From positions 34,268 to 98,267 of the forward strand of contig JBBDJB010000025.1 of the NCBI GenBank assembly GCA_040880125.1: a DNA stretch of 64,000 bases, in the 5' to 3' direction. The DNA comes from Pirellulales bacterium. Lineage in GTDB: Bacteria; Planctomycetota; Planctomycetia; Pirellulales; JBBDJB01. The translations under genes were made by a program, and so were the position numbers. Below the pieces are notes generated by a model. That model searched no databases. It was not told where the DNA came from and saw nothing but the letters and a program-made list of their open reading frames with translations. Every line of letters starts with the position of its first letter. Position 1 is the stretch's first letter. This document shows, piece after piece, positions 63,811-64,000 of the stretch.

Positions 63811-64000
63811 GACAGCAGCCTTCGAAATCCGCCGCTTCGCGGACCGGCATCGAGGTCTTCCTGGACATGCTGCACGCAGCCGGCGTGCGGTACATCTTCG
63901 GCAATCCCGGCTCGACCGAGCTGCCTTTAAACGACGCGCTGGTCGTGGACGATCGGTTTCGCTACATCCTCGGCTTGCAGGAGATCCCGGTCGTCGCGAT
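63807..64000 (+). CDS. thiamine-pyrophosphate enzyme (benzoylformate decarboxylase / acetolactate synthase-like), N-terminal fragment, continues beyond the window
   Basis: Not in the ORF track because it is edge-truncated. The GTG at 63807 forms a GTGA overlap with the DUF1805 stop. Translation: (M)RQQPSKSAASRTGIEVFLDMLHAAGVRYIFGNPGSTELPLNDALV..., i.e. TPP_enzyme_N with GNPGS.ELP. Confidence 0.75.
   Translation, partial: MRQQPSKSAASRTGIEVFLDMLHAAGVRYIFGNPGSTELPLNDALVVDDRFRYILGLQEIPVVA

Overview
This is a high-GC bacterial chromosome segment: hand counts of single 60-nt lines give about 65% GC. Gene content looks like Planctomycetota, probably Pirellulales-like. Supporting features are a DUF1549/DUF1553 + DUF1501 gene pair, two PEP-CTERM proteins, three ECF sigma factors, an NtrC-type sigma-54 activator, and many exported beta-propeller or alpha-toroid proteins.

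Layout:
- 1-13 kb: surface-polysaccharide locus. It holds a Wzz-like gene (edge-truncated, missing from the ORF track), an O-antigen-ligase-like gene, a TolC-like gene, rmlD, rmlA, a fused rmlB-rmlC, a sigma-54 response regulator and a Wzx-like flippase.
- 13.3-14.6 kb: a Tyr/Gly/Arg-rich secreted protein.
- 14.7-16.6 kb: hslVU.
- 16.7-19.7 kb: low-GC island with one large ABC-ATPase/TOPRIM (OLD/PARIS-like) gene.
- 19.8-25.4 kb: DUF167, yggS, two hypotheticals and a histidine kinase.
- 25.5-28.0 kb: second low-GC mosaic island with orphan genes, a RusA-like gene and decayed copies of two genes that lie intact further right.
- 28-38 kb: PEP-CTERM protein, MBL-fold protein, GT1 glycosyltransferase, a PH-domain pair, then a minus-strand translationally coupled operon (TIM-barrel isomerase, DUF1611, dipeptide epimerase, UbiA prenyltransferase, alkaline-phosphatase-family enzyme).
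- 38.5-39.8 kb: low-GC orphan gene.
- 40-64 kb: ABC-2 permease pair, four exported enzymes, two ECF sigma modules (one low-GC), nitrilase-family hydrolase, VapBC, DUF1549/1553 + DUF1501 split by an AT-rich spacer, WD40 protein, zinc-ribbon membrane protein, PEP-CTERM protein, HDOD, DUF1805 and the start of a TPP enzyme.

Three families of short perfect hairpin repeats (REP-like) are scattered through intergenic DNA, and every low-GC patch has at least one at an edge. I found no rRNA, tRNA, CRISPR array, integrase or transposase.

The best candidates for something new are the stand-alone OLD/PARIS-like fusion, the 25.5-28 kb mosaic island, the UbiA-containing coupled operon, the hairpin repeat system and a (CGGGGTT)n tract abutting a start codon. 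All functional calls rest on motif recognition by eye; no database search was run.
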